Below, in pieces: positions 1 through 13,343 of a DNA stretch of 64,000 bases. The position numbers were made by a program, and so were the translations under genes. The notes beneath the pieces were generated by a model. The model had not been told where the DNA came from. It made no database searches and saw only the letters and a list, made by a program, of their open reading frames with translations. The DNA is taken from contig OX337237.1 in assembly GCA_946965045.2 (NCBI GenBank), forward strand, positions 3,286,001-3,350,000. Reading direction: 5' to 3'. Source of the DNA: Epithemia pelagica. Taxonomy: Eukaryota > Protista > Bacillariophyta. Every line of letters starts with the position of its first letter. Position 1 is the stretch's first letter.

Positions 1-179
1 AAAACCAAGTACACCATCATCTTGGCTCGAAATACTCCTCGTGTCTCCTTTTGGCCAATGTAGTCAGATTTCTCCTGCTGCCCCAGGTCAATGTTGCTGC
101 CGTCATTGTTGGTGTTGTGGTCATCTTCTTGGCTAAAGTCGTCGGACACCGACACATTATCACTGTCGTCCTGATCCAT
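1..179 (-). CDS. 5' end (first exon, partial) of a tandem paralogue of the receptor-type cyclase-PDE gene; continues off the left edge
   Basis: 1-~620 is a near copy of 6686-~7290. The minus frame from ATG 179 reads MDQDDSDNVSVSDDFSQEDDH...IGQKETRGVFRAKMMVYLV, matching MNQDDSDNLSVVSDDFSQ...IGDKETRGVFRAKMMVYLV at 6861. Confidence 0.8.
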   Translation of the reverse strand, partial: MDQDDSDNVSVSDDFSQEDDHNTNNDGSNIDLGQQEKSDYIGQKETRGVFRAKMMVYLV

Positions 180-3048
180 TTTGGAAGCTCCAACACGGCC
201 TGTTTTCCTCACAAACTGTACTTGTTGAGAAGGGGGCAAACCGGAAAATGAGAGCTTGTGGGTGGTGGTGTTTGTTGCGTTGACGTTAGAGTTTCTTGGG
301 GACGGGGGAGGAATCAAACTTGAAACTACGAATAGCCATCTGGGTCCATGGAAGTTCTTAGTTCTCACTGGACATGTTATGGGCGAAGAAGGATATCTGA
401 TACTATAGCTTCAACAAGTATAATGAAATAATGGTGTACAAAGATTTAAATTGTGAGAATTGAGCATGTTACTAGAGTATAAAGGCCCAAGAAGATTGAG
501 TCGGTGGGAGTGCTAGAGGCTAGAGGGTAGAGGAGCTAGGGAGAAATAAGGACAATAAATTAATTATAATAATACTCGTAGGGCCCGTGTATTACAATCT
601 ATAGTGAATATGACTGTGGTTTACTTACTTGATACTCGCATACATCAGGGATACCCATTATTTCTTGTCGATAGGTGACATTTTTACTGTAAGGTTGATA
701 AATTCTGAAATTAATGTACAAAAGTCCATATTGCCCTTCTGGTACGACATTGGTTTTCTGTTCGTTTATTATAGCCTAGTTCAATGTCTACAGTTGTCCA
801 CTCATGAAGAGTACAGTCAGTTCTTGATGAGATAATCTAATGGGCATTGAGCAAAGGTGCGGCTTTTTTCGTGTTTTTGGCAAAATGCGAACTCCCCAAC
901 AGGGTATTCGCAACAAACGGCAGAAGACCGCCGAAAGACGACATCCAATGATACTCGGATATGGCATGGTATTAGGCCCTACTAATATCATGATTCGCCA
1001 CGACCCTTGATATCGTCTTAAGATGTCTTCTTATATTCTAAAGCTCCGTATCACGAATGACACGCGTCAACTGGATTGACGCCATCAGTCGGTGACGAAT
1101 GACGGGAAACAAAAATCTTCTTTTGCCTCTTGTTTCGTCGAACGGAAATGGCGACAAACGCGACACAATGGCATAAAAATTGATCTAAGAAATAAAAACA
1201 ATCATCCATTGATGATCGTGCATGATTGTAGTAATAGGTAGCCAAGAAGAATGAATATGATAGCTGTGGCGGGACCTTTCTCCGACGCAGGCTGTTCGTG
1301 CTGCACGGCAATATGCAGCTGTAACTACAGGAAGTAATGAAGGCCCACCGGAGGAACACCCTGATACTTTGGAGCCTTTACTCACTGAAAATAGAAGGAT
1401 CTTCTCTCTGGAGGACTAACGATACATCAGTCGGAAAGACTACATGTGTCGGGACACGCACAGTCTTACGGATTTTATACCCAGAAAAGGAGCCGAAATG
1501 GAGCTTCCATCCATTAGGAGAGCAGTTATGCTTATGCTCTACCAACACCAACAGACATACGAGACCATTATTCATTAGCTACATGCATGAAGTTAGTCAA
1601 TACACAATAGGAGTACGGTAGTTCTTTCATTCCATGTTATGTTTTCTATGGACCTGACCGGAACAAAATGTTCTCACTGGTTGGCGGCGTCACGTCAGGC
1701 GTATTGCCCGTGACGTGACGTTTGACGCTGTAGCTTCGGTAGCATCGCGACAAACCGTATGTACGTTTTCCGTGAAATGTCTCTCCGTCGGCCAATTTTC
1801 CCCGATTCATAATTTTTCCAGTCAAAATACACAAAAAATTCATCTACCGTTACCATGGGTCTAATGGCATAGCTCATCGTATGCACTCGACGTAGATGTA
1901 GACGCAGGAGGCCACACTAGTAGGACAGGTAGTACCTGCCACTTTGGGTTTCTCGTTAAGTCGTATGATCTAGTCTTCGTCCTCACTCCATTTTTGTCTG
2001 CTTGTGCTAGTTATAATGCCAAAGAGCTCTTCTTTTTATACTTCATAGTGTACAGTGATTCTTTGGTTTTTTCTTCTTTCCTACGAGTAGGATGTACTCT
2101 CAAAAGGTGCCTTCCCATCTTACTCCTAGATCGATGGTTTGATCTCCAGAATGATCATAGCTTTTACCATGTGGAAGAAAAATCTGAGAAGATAGGCTGA
2201 AGCAGATCAAAGCAATTGATACTACTCCTAGGAGTACATAGTAGGAGTAACTAGACTAGGTGGCGTTAGCATGCACATTCGCGAGGCAGACGGCTTCTTG
2301 CGCATGCATGCCGAGCAACTGCGCGACTGAATCAACAGACACGTTCACAGAACACATGCAAAAACTGAGGAAACAGGAACGAGATCGATGGGCAAAACAG
2401 AGAAACAAGAACATATCCTATATTCAAGAAGCTTCACTACTACATATGTTCTCTCTAGAGATGGCGATACTAGAGTCGAAGGACAAGAAGGTTCGACACA
2501 AAAGAGGATAGGCGAAGGGCGAGCAGTCGCCACGGTTTCCACCAGCGATTCGACAAGTCCGTGAGGAGGGCAGAGCCAAATGTTGCTTACTCCACACACA
2601 AATCCCACACATGCTCGTCACATTCGCATCACCTAACTCGAGCGATTCACACACTTGTGGAACGAGCCGGTCTGTCGTTTCTAAGGAGCAGTACATCTGT
2701 CTGGGATTGACCCTTTTGGTAATGGTGCCGATCTTTACACTCATCAGTGTTTCTATTTAAAAAGCTCTCAAAGCTGATGGATTATTTCTTCACGTGTCTC
2801 GATTTATCGTACTAGCTCCCCTCAGAAATTGGATTCAAGTGCCAGACCATTGGTCGATGCGTTACTTGTCAAACTGTGGCCTTTGCTGTGCCATAGAAAT
2901 TCTACTATATGTTCAAAGGAAAAAATATGCAAGAATTTATTCGACTTACGACTGTTCTAGAGCCATGCTTGAGAACTACAGAATCACTTTCGATGACTGT
3001 TGCGCTGTTGCGCAATATGTGACCACTCAGGAGTCTGTTCCCCTGTTC

Positions 3049-6000
3049 TCATAATTCCCTTGGTTTCACAACTGGTGCTTGCTCAGGAGATTGCTCAGGA
3101 GATTGCTCAGGAGCTTGTTCTGGAGACTTCTCCGGTGCTTGCTCTTTTAATACAGGAAGCATCTTCGACGGTACAATGCCCTGGTCCCGGAAATTCTGAA
3201 GCATTTCGGCAACAAGTTCTTGCCCCTTTAGTTCCCACTCCTTGCGATTCTGTACGGCATACTGCAAATACTCGTCTGATGACACACCAAAGACACCACA
3301 ATCTTTCAACTTCTTCGCCAAAGGAATGATGTAGAAATCGAAAAAGCCCTTTTCGCCTTCGTACCAAAAATCTGATGGGTTCTTTTCAGCCCGGCCTTGC
3401 AAGTAAGCCACATAAAGTTCCTTGAACAGGCGTTGGTTCCATTTTCGGTAGATGTGCCAATGCTGCATAGTGTGTGCAACATCCGAAGCCTGAATTAAAT
3501 GCTCCATGACAATAGTGGCTTTGCGATTCACATCATCCTCCGATGAATCTGACACCTCGTCAGAAAAGGCCTTGTTCCACCGGCCTTTACGAAGAGCAGC
3601 GAGATCCTTGTCCATAATGTCTGTCGCAAGTACAATGTTCACAACAAGCTGCCTGAAGCGCGTGAATTCGGAAGTCGTAGCATAGATGGTACGGCGAAGG
3701 TCACCGTACGCGTCATCCATAAGAAGATCCCATGCCAAATCCACAGAGTTCTGTTCCGCAATGGATTTGTTTCGATATACCGCAGCCAAAGTAGTTTGTT
3801 CCTTGATTAGTTGTGAATTCGGGACGCCTGGGTGGTCAGCGTCGTGAATGAGGGCCGACAGCGCAACTGCAAACTGAGTCATTGGATCGGAAGTAATCCC
3901 GTAAGTGTGATCATGGAGGGCTTCTTCCGTGTCTTTGGGCGCGGACGTGAGATCAGGAGCCACGATTCGCGACAGAAGCTTCATTACTGACATTGTAACG
4001 TGCGACGCATGCTCAAAGTTATGGAACGGGTTGTCTCGGTACATAGACGCGAGAGTCTGGACATAGTCTTTGAGTTGTCCCAAGACATCTTCACTGAGAT
4101 GAACCGACGACGGGTCAATCCTCTGTGCATTTGCTTCGTATTTCGGAAGACGTACAATCTCTTGGACTTCGCTCAACACATAACGGTTGGACCTGTACTT
4201 CTCCTCTATCTTTTTCATTTCACCAATATCATCAGGATCCGTCCGACGAGACTCCCTGCGTGCAACAATCTGAGTTAGTAGCTTGGACAAAATATCGCAA
4301 TTCCAGGCGACAAGTCGATTGTACTTGTCGGCAGAAGGGACAGCAGGCGCTGCGTTCAAAGCTTGTACTGCGGATGCCTCCTTGTGCTCGCTTTCATTTT
4401 CCATCTCTTCAGTGCTACCAGAACCAGTTGATGCTACCGCTTCTCCTGTGGCGTCCAACCAGTACGTCTGAAGCTCACCCTTTCCCTTAGCAACTACCGT
4501 CTCCCTTCGAGTGCGCAACCACTGCGACTTGCCAGCAGCAGCGAGCAAATCGGCAGTTTCTTGGGAAACGTGGATCTTGTTTGGCTGCCCTGTACTCTCC
4601 ATACGTGCGGTAGTGTTGACAGTGTCACCAAACAATTGGAATCGAGCACGCTCACCACGCAACACACCAGCTGTGACAGGACCAGAATGAAGACCAATCC
4701 TTACGCCGAGCTTTCTCAGGGAAAAGTTGTGAAAGGCAAACATGTTAACGACATATGTATATTCAAGGGAGGAACAGTATCCGGTGGACTTACCTCTTCC
4801 GTGTCGGGACCTAGCTCCACCACCATTGCCTTCATTGTGGCAGTAAATTGAACAAGACAGTCTCGAGCAAAGCGAGCCATTACGATCGCGTGATCCTTGC
4901 GAGGCTCTGGTAAGCCCGCAACTGCTACGTAGCAATCACCAACTGTCTCGACTTTGAAAACACGACGACGACCAGCAATTTCATCAAAGACGTGGTAAAT
5001 GGTTTCGAGAAGCTGGAAGACTTGAGTCGGTTCACGGGTCGAACTCCACGCAGTGAAACCGACGATATCAGCAAAAATAATGGTTGCTTCCGGGAAGAGG
5101 TCAGCAATCGGTTTCGATCTCTTGATCCCTGCTCTCGCGTCCTCATCTTCTTCATTAGCGTCTTTACCCTTAAGGAAATTTTGGAGCTGGTCTTTCGTCC
5201 GGTTTCCCCGCGTGGTTAGTTGCTTGTTCGCTTCTCGATTCACCTCTTCATCCACATCCTTCATGATTCGATCTTGCACGTTCTTCGGAAACAGTGAAGA
5301 CACAATCGCCTGGGTCTTGCGAGCTGCCCGAATGATCATCCACTGGCGCCTCTGAACGGCCCAGTCGTAAACAAGGAAAACAAATGTCGTAAAAACGAAG
5401 ATCGTTGCAACAACAATTGCATAGATGATGGGATCTCTCGATTCATAATCGTTTTCCAAGTCCCCGGTGGGATAAATATCAAGCACATAGTTACAGCTTG
5501 AATATGGCTGGCCACGCTCAGTATTGCTTCCATGTTCAGTAATATTGCTGGAGAGAACCTTGTCGTCGAAATCCGTGTCGTGCAAATCCCCCTCACCCTT
5601 CAGGTGGACATGAGGGCCCTGTACCAAGTATGTGAGTACACTGCCACAGGAATCAGATAATACAACTTCGATGTCACCGGCTCCTTCTGGAAGGACATCT
5701 TGAAAGAATACATCCCATTCAATGTCCAAGTAATGGAAGCCGACAACTTCACCTTGATCATCGGATTCACGGAAGATTGGATCCAGAAGAAAGCTGCGAG
5801 GATTTCCCGCAGAATGACTGGTTAGCTTTCGTTCCTGATGTGCGTGATCCTTTGTCTCGTACTCGAGTTCCGAGGGCTCCGGGAAGTACTGCATGATCGG
5901 AAGAGAATAAATCTTGGAGATATAACTGAAACGCTTCTTGACTACGTCTGTTGCAAGGCCGAAAAAGGTCCCGTCCGAAAGAAGGTCTGTATTGACCACT

Positions 6001-6861
6001 GAAGCATCAATCGGGGCGGGTCCTGTTTGCCTGTAAATTAAAGATTGAATCAGAAAGGGCAAGTTCACAGAAAAGAGGACAAACAAAAGTTCATACATCG
6101 GTATATCGTACCATAGAGCAGCAATGTAGTCGTCAAGCATAGAAGTAGGTTCACTCATCTCATCTGACATTTCGGAGATGTCGTGAATAAAGTGGGGGAC
6201 CGGGCCAGGGTTTGTATCCTTATGCCCGTTCAAGGCCAGACCTTCTTGGATCCACGAAGAATGGTTTTGAGCGTAGGCCTCCCAATCCTTTTGCCGGTCC
6301 TTGAGGAAAAGGGGAACGAACATGATCAAATCGACTTCAGACATTACCCGCGCTTTCTTGGATCGAAGTTCAAAATCATGCGTCGTCACAAAAGGCCAGT
6401 CACTACCTCTTTCATTGGCATAGGAAGTGGCACTCATACTCAAACTTTGTGCGACATCAAATTTGAGCATCAAATCTGCCTTTGCAGCCCGCAGAATCTC
6501 GCCAGCATGTGTTTTAAACTTCAAACAAAAGAAATAAGAAAAGGAATCACCGTCAGTCTCTGATATGATTGAAAAAGACGACAAATCAATAACGACAAGC
6601 ACCTACATCGTTCTCAAAGTCATCGGTCTCCTGGTCGGATACAAACAGAAACGTGAGAGTACTCGCAGCGGCACACGAGATAATCAAAACCAAGTACACC
6701 ATCATCTTGGCTCGAAAGACTCCTCGTGTCTCCTTATCCCCAATGTACTCAGATTTCTTCTGCCCCAAGTCCATGTTGTCGTCTTGATTGACGCTGTGCT
6801 CATCTTCTTGGCTAAAGTCGTCGGACACCACCGACAAATTATCGCTGTCGTCCTGATTCAT
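3049..6861 (-). CDS. Membrane receptor-type class III nucleotidyl cyclase fused to a C-terminal HD-type cyclic nucleotide phosphodiesterase; exons 6861-6607, 6518-6112, 6030-4794, 4710-3049 (upstream in-frame ATG at 7044 possible)
   Basis: Two TM helices flank an extracellular region. Cyclase motifs: FADIVGF, VFKVETVGDCYVAVAG, IGLHSGPVTAGV, RFQLFGDTVNTTARMES. PDE motifs: PFHNFEHASH, LIHDADHPG, VLATD, QASD. GT-AG introns 6519-6606, 6031-6111 and 4711-4793 restore the frame. Confidence 0.9.
3078..3145 (-). repeat. 12-bp coding tandem repeat (EQSP/EQAP x ~5-6) at the cyclase-PDE C-terminus
   Basis: ttgctcaggaga repeated; translation EQAPEKSPEQAPEQSPEQSPEQAP. Confidence 0.8.
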
Positions 6862-9131
6862 TATGGAAACTCCAACACGGCCTGTTTTCCTCACAAACTG
6901 TACTTGTTGAGACGGGGGAAACCGGAAAATGAGAGCAATCTCCGACTTGTGGTGTTTGTTGCGTTGACGTTGGAGTTTCTTGGGGACGGGGGAGGAATCA
7001 AACTTGAAACTACGAATAGCCCTCTCGAAGCCATCTGGGTCCATGATAGTTCTTAGTTCTCACTGGACATGTTATGGGCGAAGAAGGATATCTGATACTG
7101 TAGCTTCAACAATGGTGTACAAAGATTTCAATGGTGAGAATTGAGCATGATACTAGAGTATAAAGGCCCAAGAAGATTGAGTCGGCGGGAGTGCTGGAGG
7201 GGCTAGGGAGAACTAAGGAAAATAAATTACTCCTATAATAATAGGGCGCATGTATTACAATCAATAGTCAATAGTGAATATGACTGTGGCTTAATTGGTG
7301 AAAGCTATCTCGTCATTTCTTCTAGAAGTTAGCCTTCAGAAATGCACGAATCAGGCTAGCTGCCCTTCCTATCTTTGTTATGGCATGTTTGTCTTCCGTG
7401 GATAAGACGTGTTATTCGCTAGTCTTGAGGGTTTTGTTTAAAAGGCTTGAGTATATTGGACGACGTCTTCCAAATAATCATGCTCCAGCAACAACCATGA
7501 AGAATGAACAAACTGTCCAGGCCAAATATGCTTGGGATGCATCGCACACATCATCCTTATTTGGAATTTGGACATAACAAACTTCTATCCGTAAAATATG
7601 GGAACGTCGATCGCCAGATAGAAAGAGAGATAAAAGAGATATCAGAAAAAAAAGAAAGGCGGGTTAGACTAGGTCCAACCAATAAGTTTAATTGGTGGAT
7701 CTGTGGATTTTGCAGCCAATAGTTCGATTATTCTTGGTAGGGAAGTAAAACTTCAAGTTGCTCTGGGGACCGTACAGTATCGGTCGCGCATAACCATTTT
7801 CCGACCCTCATCTACTGTAAGTTTCTCAGACACAGACAGACGTTTTCGAAGGAACTCTTAACAATGGATCGCTAACCCCAACCAACATCATGATCAGGCT
7901 TCAGGCCACGCCAGATCTTGTATATTGTATCTAGTATCTTGTATCTTATACTCGTAGCTGTGAGCTGTGAGTGGATTCTATTCCTTATTTTCCTGTCCCA
8001 ACCAAGTTTCAATAGCGTCGATGTCGATCCATTTCGGGATTCGGAATGCGGAGACGATGACGACCTTCCGGGACGTAAATGAATCTATATGGGGGTGAGG
8101 TACCTCGTAGTACTTCACTCCCCCACTACAATCTGCCGCCCCCAGATATAGGTTGATCAGTGTGATAAGGATACTGAGCGCCAATGACATCAACTACTTC
8201 TTCGGAATAACTACCTAGAATGGGCAACTCTTCAAGTTTCCTGTTTTATGGTCTGTGGTATTGATTTTTGATTGCGTTCGCAAATTGGAGGTTGCCATCT
8301 TTTCCCTCAGAAGATCTCTCGTCCATTTTGTGACGGTGGATGAGATTCTACTAGCTAGAGGAGGAATCCACCACCCAACTCAAAGATTCCATCCTGGGGT
8401 CTCATCCAGCACCATCGTCAACATTGGTAACGTCCACACCGCCATTTCCTAGACACTCTAGAAACCGTCCGTTCGTCCTTCGCAGATACCCAAGAAAATC
8501 TCTTGCAAGCACAGTGCAAACGCAACAGGAACACCATCCAAAGATTTGTGATTTGGTAGTACCCAACGAGTCACGATTACCAAAAAAAGCTTAGGATCCG
8601 ACACTTGGTATCCACAATGCTCGGGCTCACCATTATTATCATCATCACCACCCCACTCCATGACCCCACACGTCTGCACCTGTACAAAGGACGTGGCAAG
8701 ACCCGAGAGAGACTCGTCAAGATGACACAGAGGACGACGTTTCCAGGATTCCTGCAATGTCCAATCACTGACTGTTGATCGTCTCCTGTCTCCTGTATAG
8801 TAGAGGTTGGGAGTCTCCCCAAAACATACATTTACAGCTTCGGAGTACTCCTACGGCTAACCTTTAGGGTAGAGAGTAAGTAGAGGAAGAAGAGGAGGTA
8901 ACTCTGCTAAAGCGACCCACGCGCGAAACAGACTTTATGCGCCGAGCCAACGGCCATCAACTGTTGCGCGACTGGTACACAACCACAAGCAACGAACCGA
9001 CAAGAAAGAAAAAGGAACAAGAGCCGATGATCCAGAAGCTTTACAACTACTCCTACATTTGTTCCACAGACAGCTAGCTAGGAGTACACAAGAGACGAAG
9101 GGGAGAGAGAGAAGCTTTGACACATACGAGG

Positions 9132-10388
9132 ATGGGCGAACAGTCGTCGTCGTCGTGGTCTCCACTAGCGATTCCACAAGATCATGAGGAGAACAATGAC
9201 AACACCAATGTTCATTCCACAAAGCATACTGTTTCGGCTGAAGACCATGCCAAAACTCGAGCGATTCACACTCTTTTGGAACAAGCGGGCCTCTTGTTTC
9301 TCGTACAATCTCCTCGTCGTTCACGCCATGACGCCTGTCCGCGATCCACCCTTTTGGTTGTGCTGGCGATTTGTACACTCAGTGCTCCTTTGCTGATTGC
9401 CCTCAAAGTCGATGGATTCTTTCCGCACGTGTCGTGGCTCGTCACATGGACACCCTTGTGGATACTAAGTCTTGTTTACGTCTGGTCCAACTGGGGCGAT
9501 GATTGTTTCAATCTCTGTTGCGCAATGACAAGTCTAGCAATTCAAGTGTTGTTGGTTTTGAAATTAGATGCACAATGGTTGCCAAGGAATGGCCTCACAT
9601 GGTGGCACTTCTTTGCTCCACTGCTGTTGGTCGATGGCCTCGTACTTGTCACACGATGGCCCTTTCAGTCGGATCCAATAGTCACTGCCACTGACGTAGA
9701 ACATGCCCTCGGTGAACCAATCGTTGGTTCCTCCTCCTCTGGGACATTTGAACCGTCCATGATGATGGTGAACAAACCATTAAGTTATGTCAAACTGATC
9801 GATCCGGAGCTTGCTTCGAGTCTCCGACGGTACTGGACCCTGTATAGTTTGGTAAGGTTTGGTCGCATCGTGTTTGTCGGCATGGTTGTGGGTCGATTGG
9901 AGAATGTCGTTTCCTGTCCTTGGTCGATGGTGTTTGCACCAGTTTGGATCATGTTGACTTTTTGGTGTGGATCGACCGCAGTGGGATGGATTGCAGTCTA
10001 TCACCAATGTCGTCTGGAACAAAAACAACCACAAACGCAATCCTCAAGTCCGGATGATTCTACTACAACTACTACCACCAGTGTTCCCTTTACGACAATG
10101 GAAGAAGCGCCGCAGTCCAAGACGCATAAGGACTACAACGAATGGTATTATTGGATCCAAGTTTTCTTGACGTGTCATGCCCTGTTACAAGGTGTCGTCA
10201 TTTGGACGGCTGTCGGGTTGGTCCTGAAACTGCAAGGCAGAACCGTGTCGGCCCTGTTGATTGTGACACCCAGTGTTCTCCTCTTGTTGTTTGTTGTTGT
10301 GAGTTTGGGCTGGTTCGTCCTATTCGACAGACACGAGCAAACACAAGAACAGGGGCGTTTTGAGTCACAACAAGGGGCCAAGCAGTAA
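9132..10388 (+). CDS. TMEM185 / Fragile-X-F-like multi-pass membrane protein
   Basis: Single ORF (ATG 9132) with repeated family-like helices: LIALKVDG..SWLVTWTPLW, LVLKLD..WWHFFAPL, VGRLE..WSMVFAPVW, LVLKLQG..ALLIVTP. Confidence 0.7.
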   Translation: MGEQSSSSWSPLAIPQDHEENNDNTNVHSTKHTVSAEDHAKTRAIHTLLEQAGLLFLVQSPRRSRHDACPRSTLLVVLAICTLSAPLLIALKVDGFFPHVSWLVTWTPLWILSLVYVWSNWGDDCFNLCCAMTSLAIQVLLVLKLDAQWLPRNGLTWWHFFAPLLLVDGLVLVTRWPFQSDPIVTATDVEHALGEPIVGSSSSGTFEPSMMMVNKPLSYVKLIDPELASSLRRYWTLYSLVRFGRIVFVGMVVGRLENVVSCPWSMVFAPVWIMLTFWCGSTAVGWIAVYHQCRLEQKQPQTQSSSPDDSTTTTTTSVPFTTMEEAPQSKTHKDYNEWYYWIQVFLTCHALLQGVVIWTAVGLVLKLQGRTVSALLIVTPSVLLLLFVVVSLGWFVLFDRHEQTQEQGRFESQQGAKQ

Positions 10389-10993
10389 CAACAACATGTC
10401 GAAACAGAAGCACGACAAGGATCTCCTCCTCCTCCTTCTCAAGGATTTCTTGCGGAGGGAGAGCAGACCAATATATTTCCCGACTGATTATTACGACACC
10501 TTGAAAGAACCGGGAGAGTTGTTCGCATTCGGTTCCTGTTTATAGGCATTACATCTTCTGTCTCGATGTTGTGGTCGATCTTGAGTCGCAGTGGTTTGCA
10601 TGAGCAGACGTCTCCTTTTTTGGGAGACTGCTTGTTTCGAATCGGGGAAGGACGCCAAGCATCAGTCACAACAGAAGGATGAGAAACAGAAGAGTTGCAA
10701 TATGAGTAAGGAAAGAAGCAAAGCGAGCGCACGTCTCGTCGTTTCACATGGAAAGACCGGTCACAAGGTCTCTATTTGTGGTCGTTCACAAAAGGCTTCT
10801 GGTTGCCCAAACTCTATGGCCCAGCCAGCCAATTGACTAGGTAGTTAAGGCTAATACGTGGACATGCATACACCGCTATTCTAGAACCTTTATGTTACAG
10901 TTTCATTTTGGAAAGAACAGAACAATGCTCGATATTACACAGCAAGCATCAATCACATGTTGTCATATGAGAATTTGGCAGCAACAAGACAGC

Positions 10994-12404
10994 TTACCAC
11001 ATTTTCTTCATTTGCCACATGCCTTCTTTCGATTGTTTTTGTTTGTAGTGCATGTTTGGCTTGGAATTGCTACTCGAAGTTCTCTTCTTTTTGTTTTTCA
11101 TGGGCCCTTTGTAAACTTTGGGTCGCGATCCGCTCCACGATATTTCTTTTTTGCCCATTTGCTGAGGTACACTTTGGTACTTCCATGCGTCAAAGTATTT
11201 TTTTGAAGAGGGTTGGGCATAGCCTGCCCCACTGCCCTTATAGGAGGGTGAAGATTTCGGCATTCTTGTTGGCTTTGATGTAGGTTTGTTGGTTGGTTTA
11301 GGAGTTGGCTTGTTGGTTGGCTTTGGCGTAGGTTTGTTGGTTGGTTTAGGAGTTGGCTTGTTGGTTGGTTTCGAAGTTGGTTTGTTGGTTGGTTTAGGAG
11401 TTGGCTTGTTGGTTGGTTTCGAAGTTGGTTTGGGTGTGGGACGGGAGGTCGGCTTGGGTGTGGGGCGTTTTGTTGTTTGCATGGGATGCAAAGAAGGCAA
11501 ATTGGAAGGATTCGATGAGGGAGGATCTGAGGGGATCGTGGAGGGTGTTTCTGAAGGCGCCTCGCTTGGTGTTTCTGAGGGACTCCCGGACAGCGAGATG
11601 GATGGCTCATCAGTTGGCAGTGTCGAGGGTTCGTTTGAAGGAGACACACTCGGTGTGAAGGAGGGACTTGCAGAAGGCGCTTCGGACGGAGACACGGATG
11701 GTTCGTGTGATGGGACTGTGGAAGGCGTACTGGACGGAGTTACACTCGGTTTATCTGAAGGCGCAATGCTCGGATTGTTCGAAGGAGCCGGAGCAGCTGT
11801 GCAGATTGATGTTGATGGATCTTGTGTGCTGGTCTGTGAAGTTTGAAAATGTGAGATGATTCAAACATTTCACAATCTGGGACGGTGCGTGTTTGCTTAC
11901 CCCGACAAGACCCAAAAATGCCAACGTTTCTGACCCCACGGATGTCAATGCTGGGAATTCAGTACATTCGTTGTTCAAAGTGAATGAGCTCACTCGCCTA
12001 ATGGCTTGCCCTGCGGCGCTGCTACCCTCAACAAAAGTCTGAATAAGTCGTGGCACCATTGTTGGGTCAGTAATGCCGCCACTCACAATGGATGCGTAAT
12101 TGAAGCTATCTCCGTCGTTCAACCCGTCCTGTCGGAACAGTGATATTGATACCGTAGTTTGATCTAACTCCAACAATGTGACGTTCACAAGTCCAACAAC
12201 AACAGGATCAGCTCCTTCCAGTTGGAAGGCGCAGGATATATCGGTGGTAGCTGGTGCCGCCTCTGGACAAGTCGAGGTCAGATCGACTGTAAATGTCCAT
12301 TGGACTGGTGCACAGGCACAAACATCAACACCAACTTGCGCGAACGACGGTGCAAGGAGGAGCAAGTGAAGAAGGACCCGAATCACGTATGATGTACTGG
12401 ACAT
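10994..12404 (-). CDS. Secreted protein: signal peptide, Cys-containing (VCACAP..FTVDLTSTCP) domain, Pro/Ser/Thr repeat stalk and Lys-rich basic tail; exons 12404-11901, 11828-10994
   Basis: Hydrophobic N-terminus (LLHLLLLAPSFA). A GTAAGC donor at 11900 and a CAG acceptor at 11829 join the 217-aa ORF in frame to the PS/PTNK-repeat ORF. Confidence 0.75.
11270..11460 (-). repeat. 24-bp coding tandem repeat encoding PTNKPT(P/S)K units
   Basis: gttggtttaggagttggcttgttg-type units repeated about 7 times. Confidence 0.85.
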
Positions 12405-13343
12405 GGTGTTGTTGGACTGGCTTGTGGATAAGATGAATGAGACAAGTCAGACTTGTTTTGCTTGTTGACAATGGGGGAATTCTCGAGGTCACGATATGTG
12501 TGACATGTGACAGCAACGGGTTTTTTTCTTTTTGTATTGCAGTCACACGATACGAAGAGAGGGCCGGCGTGTGGTGCGGTCATGCGTCTGATTTTAATTA
12601 GCGCGCGTGCCGATGCGAATATTTGCTTCCGAATGGACAAACCGCCGCATTCCTTGTGACTGCTTCCATGGATAGAGTACCTATTGCTAGCTACCCGCTG
12701 CACAACCAATGCAGTAGGAGTAGGGACTACTCCTAGTAGCAACTCGAGTCAGGGTTCCTCTGTTGTTTCAGCATGCAACGACAAATGGGAATTTAGAAGT
12801 ACTAGTTTTTAAGTACCTAGTTACCATAGGTTACGCTGTTACTGCAAGTAAAATATTTGGCTAGACGCGTTTCGTGTAACCGGAACTTTCCCCGTCGTTG
12901 TGAATCGAAGCTGGGTGTACCCGAAAGTATTCCCATAGCCGAATGTGAAACTTGGTGGTTCCAGTGGAAGTGAAAACCATGAAGTTTCGGGTTCGTGACC
13001 AACGTAGATACCAATAGGGGGTGGCATGGCTCGGTTGTCATTGACAAAGTTGAAAGGCTCTTTTGTTCGACCTGGAGGTTTGAAATCATTGGTCGCGAAA
13101 TTGGAAAAAGGTATACTATCCTCATTGTGGATTTTTTTGCCATTATTGCGCGTGGCGGGTATGGTCTTGGTCTCCTATGCCCATGTTCTTTTGGTCCTTG
13201 TTCCGGACATAGTTGTGGCCCAATCATGAAAGTCTTGGATGCAAATTGTGGTCCAAAAATATTCGCTGTTTTGGAGCAAAACGTAGCAAGCAAGAATCAT
13301 ATTTTGTGAAACACATGATGTGTGGCAATAACAACAAGACAGC

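Noticed and set aside
1250-1620. Coding-looking stretch (LWRDLSPTQAVRAARQYAA...)
   Set aside because: Interrupted by stops, with no start context and no recognisable family
7978-8831. Cluster of short minus-strand ORFs
   Set aside because: No consistent splice model or motif; cannot be supported as a gene
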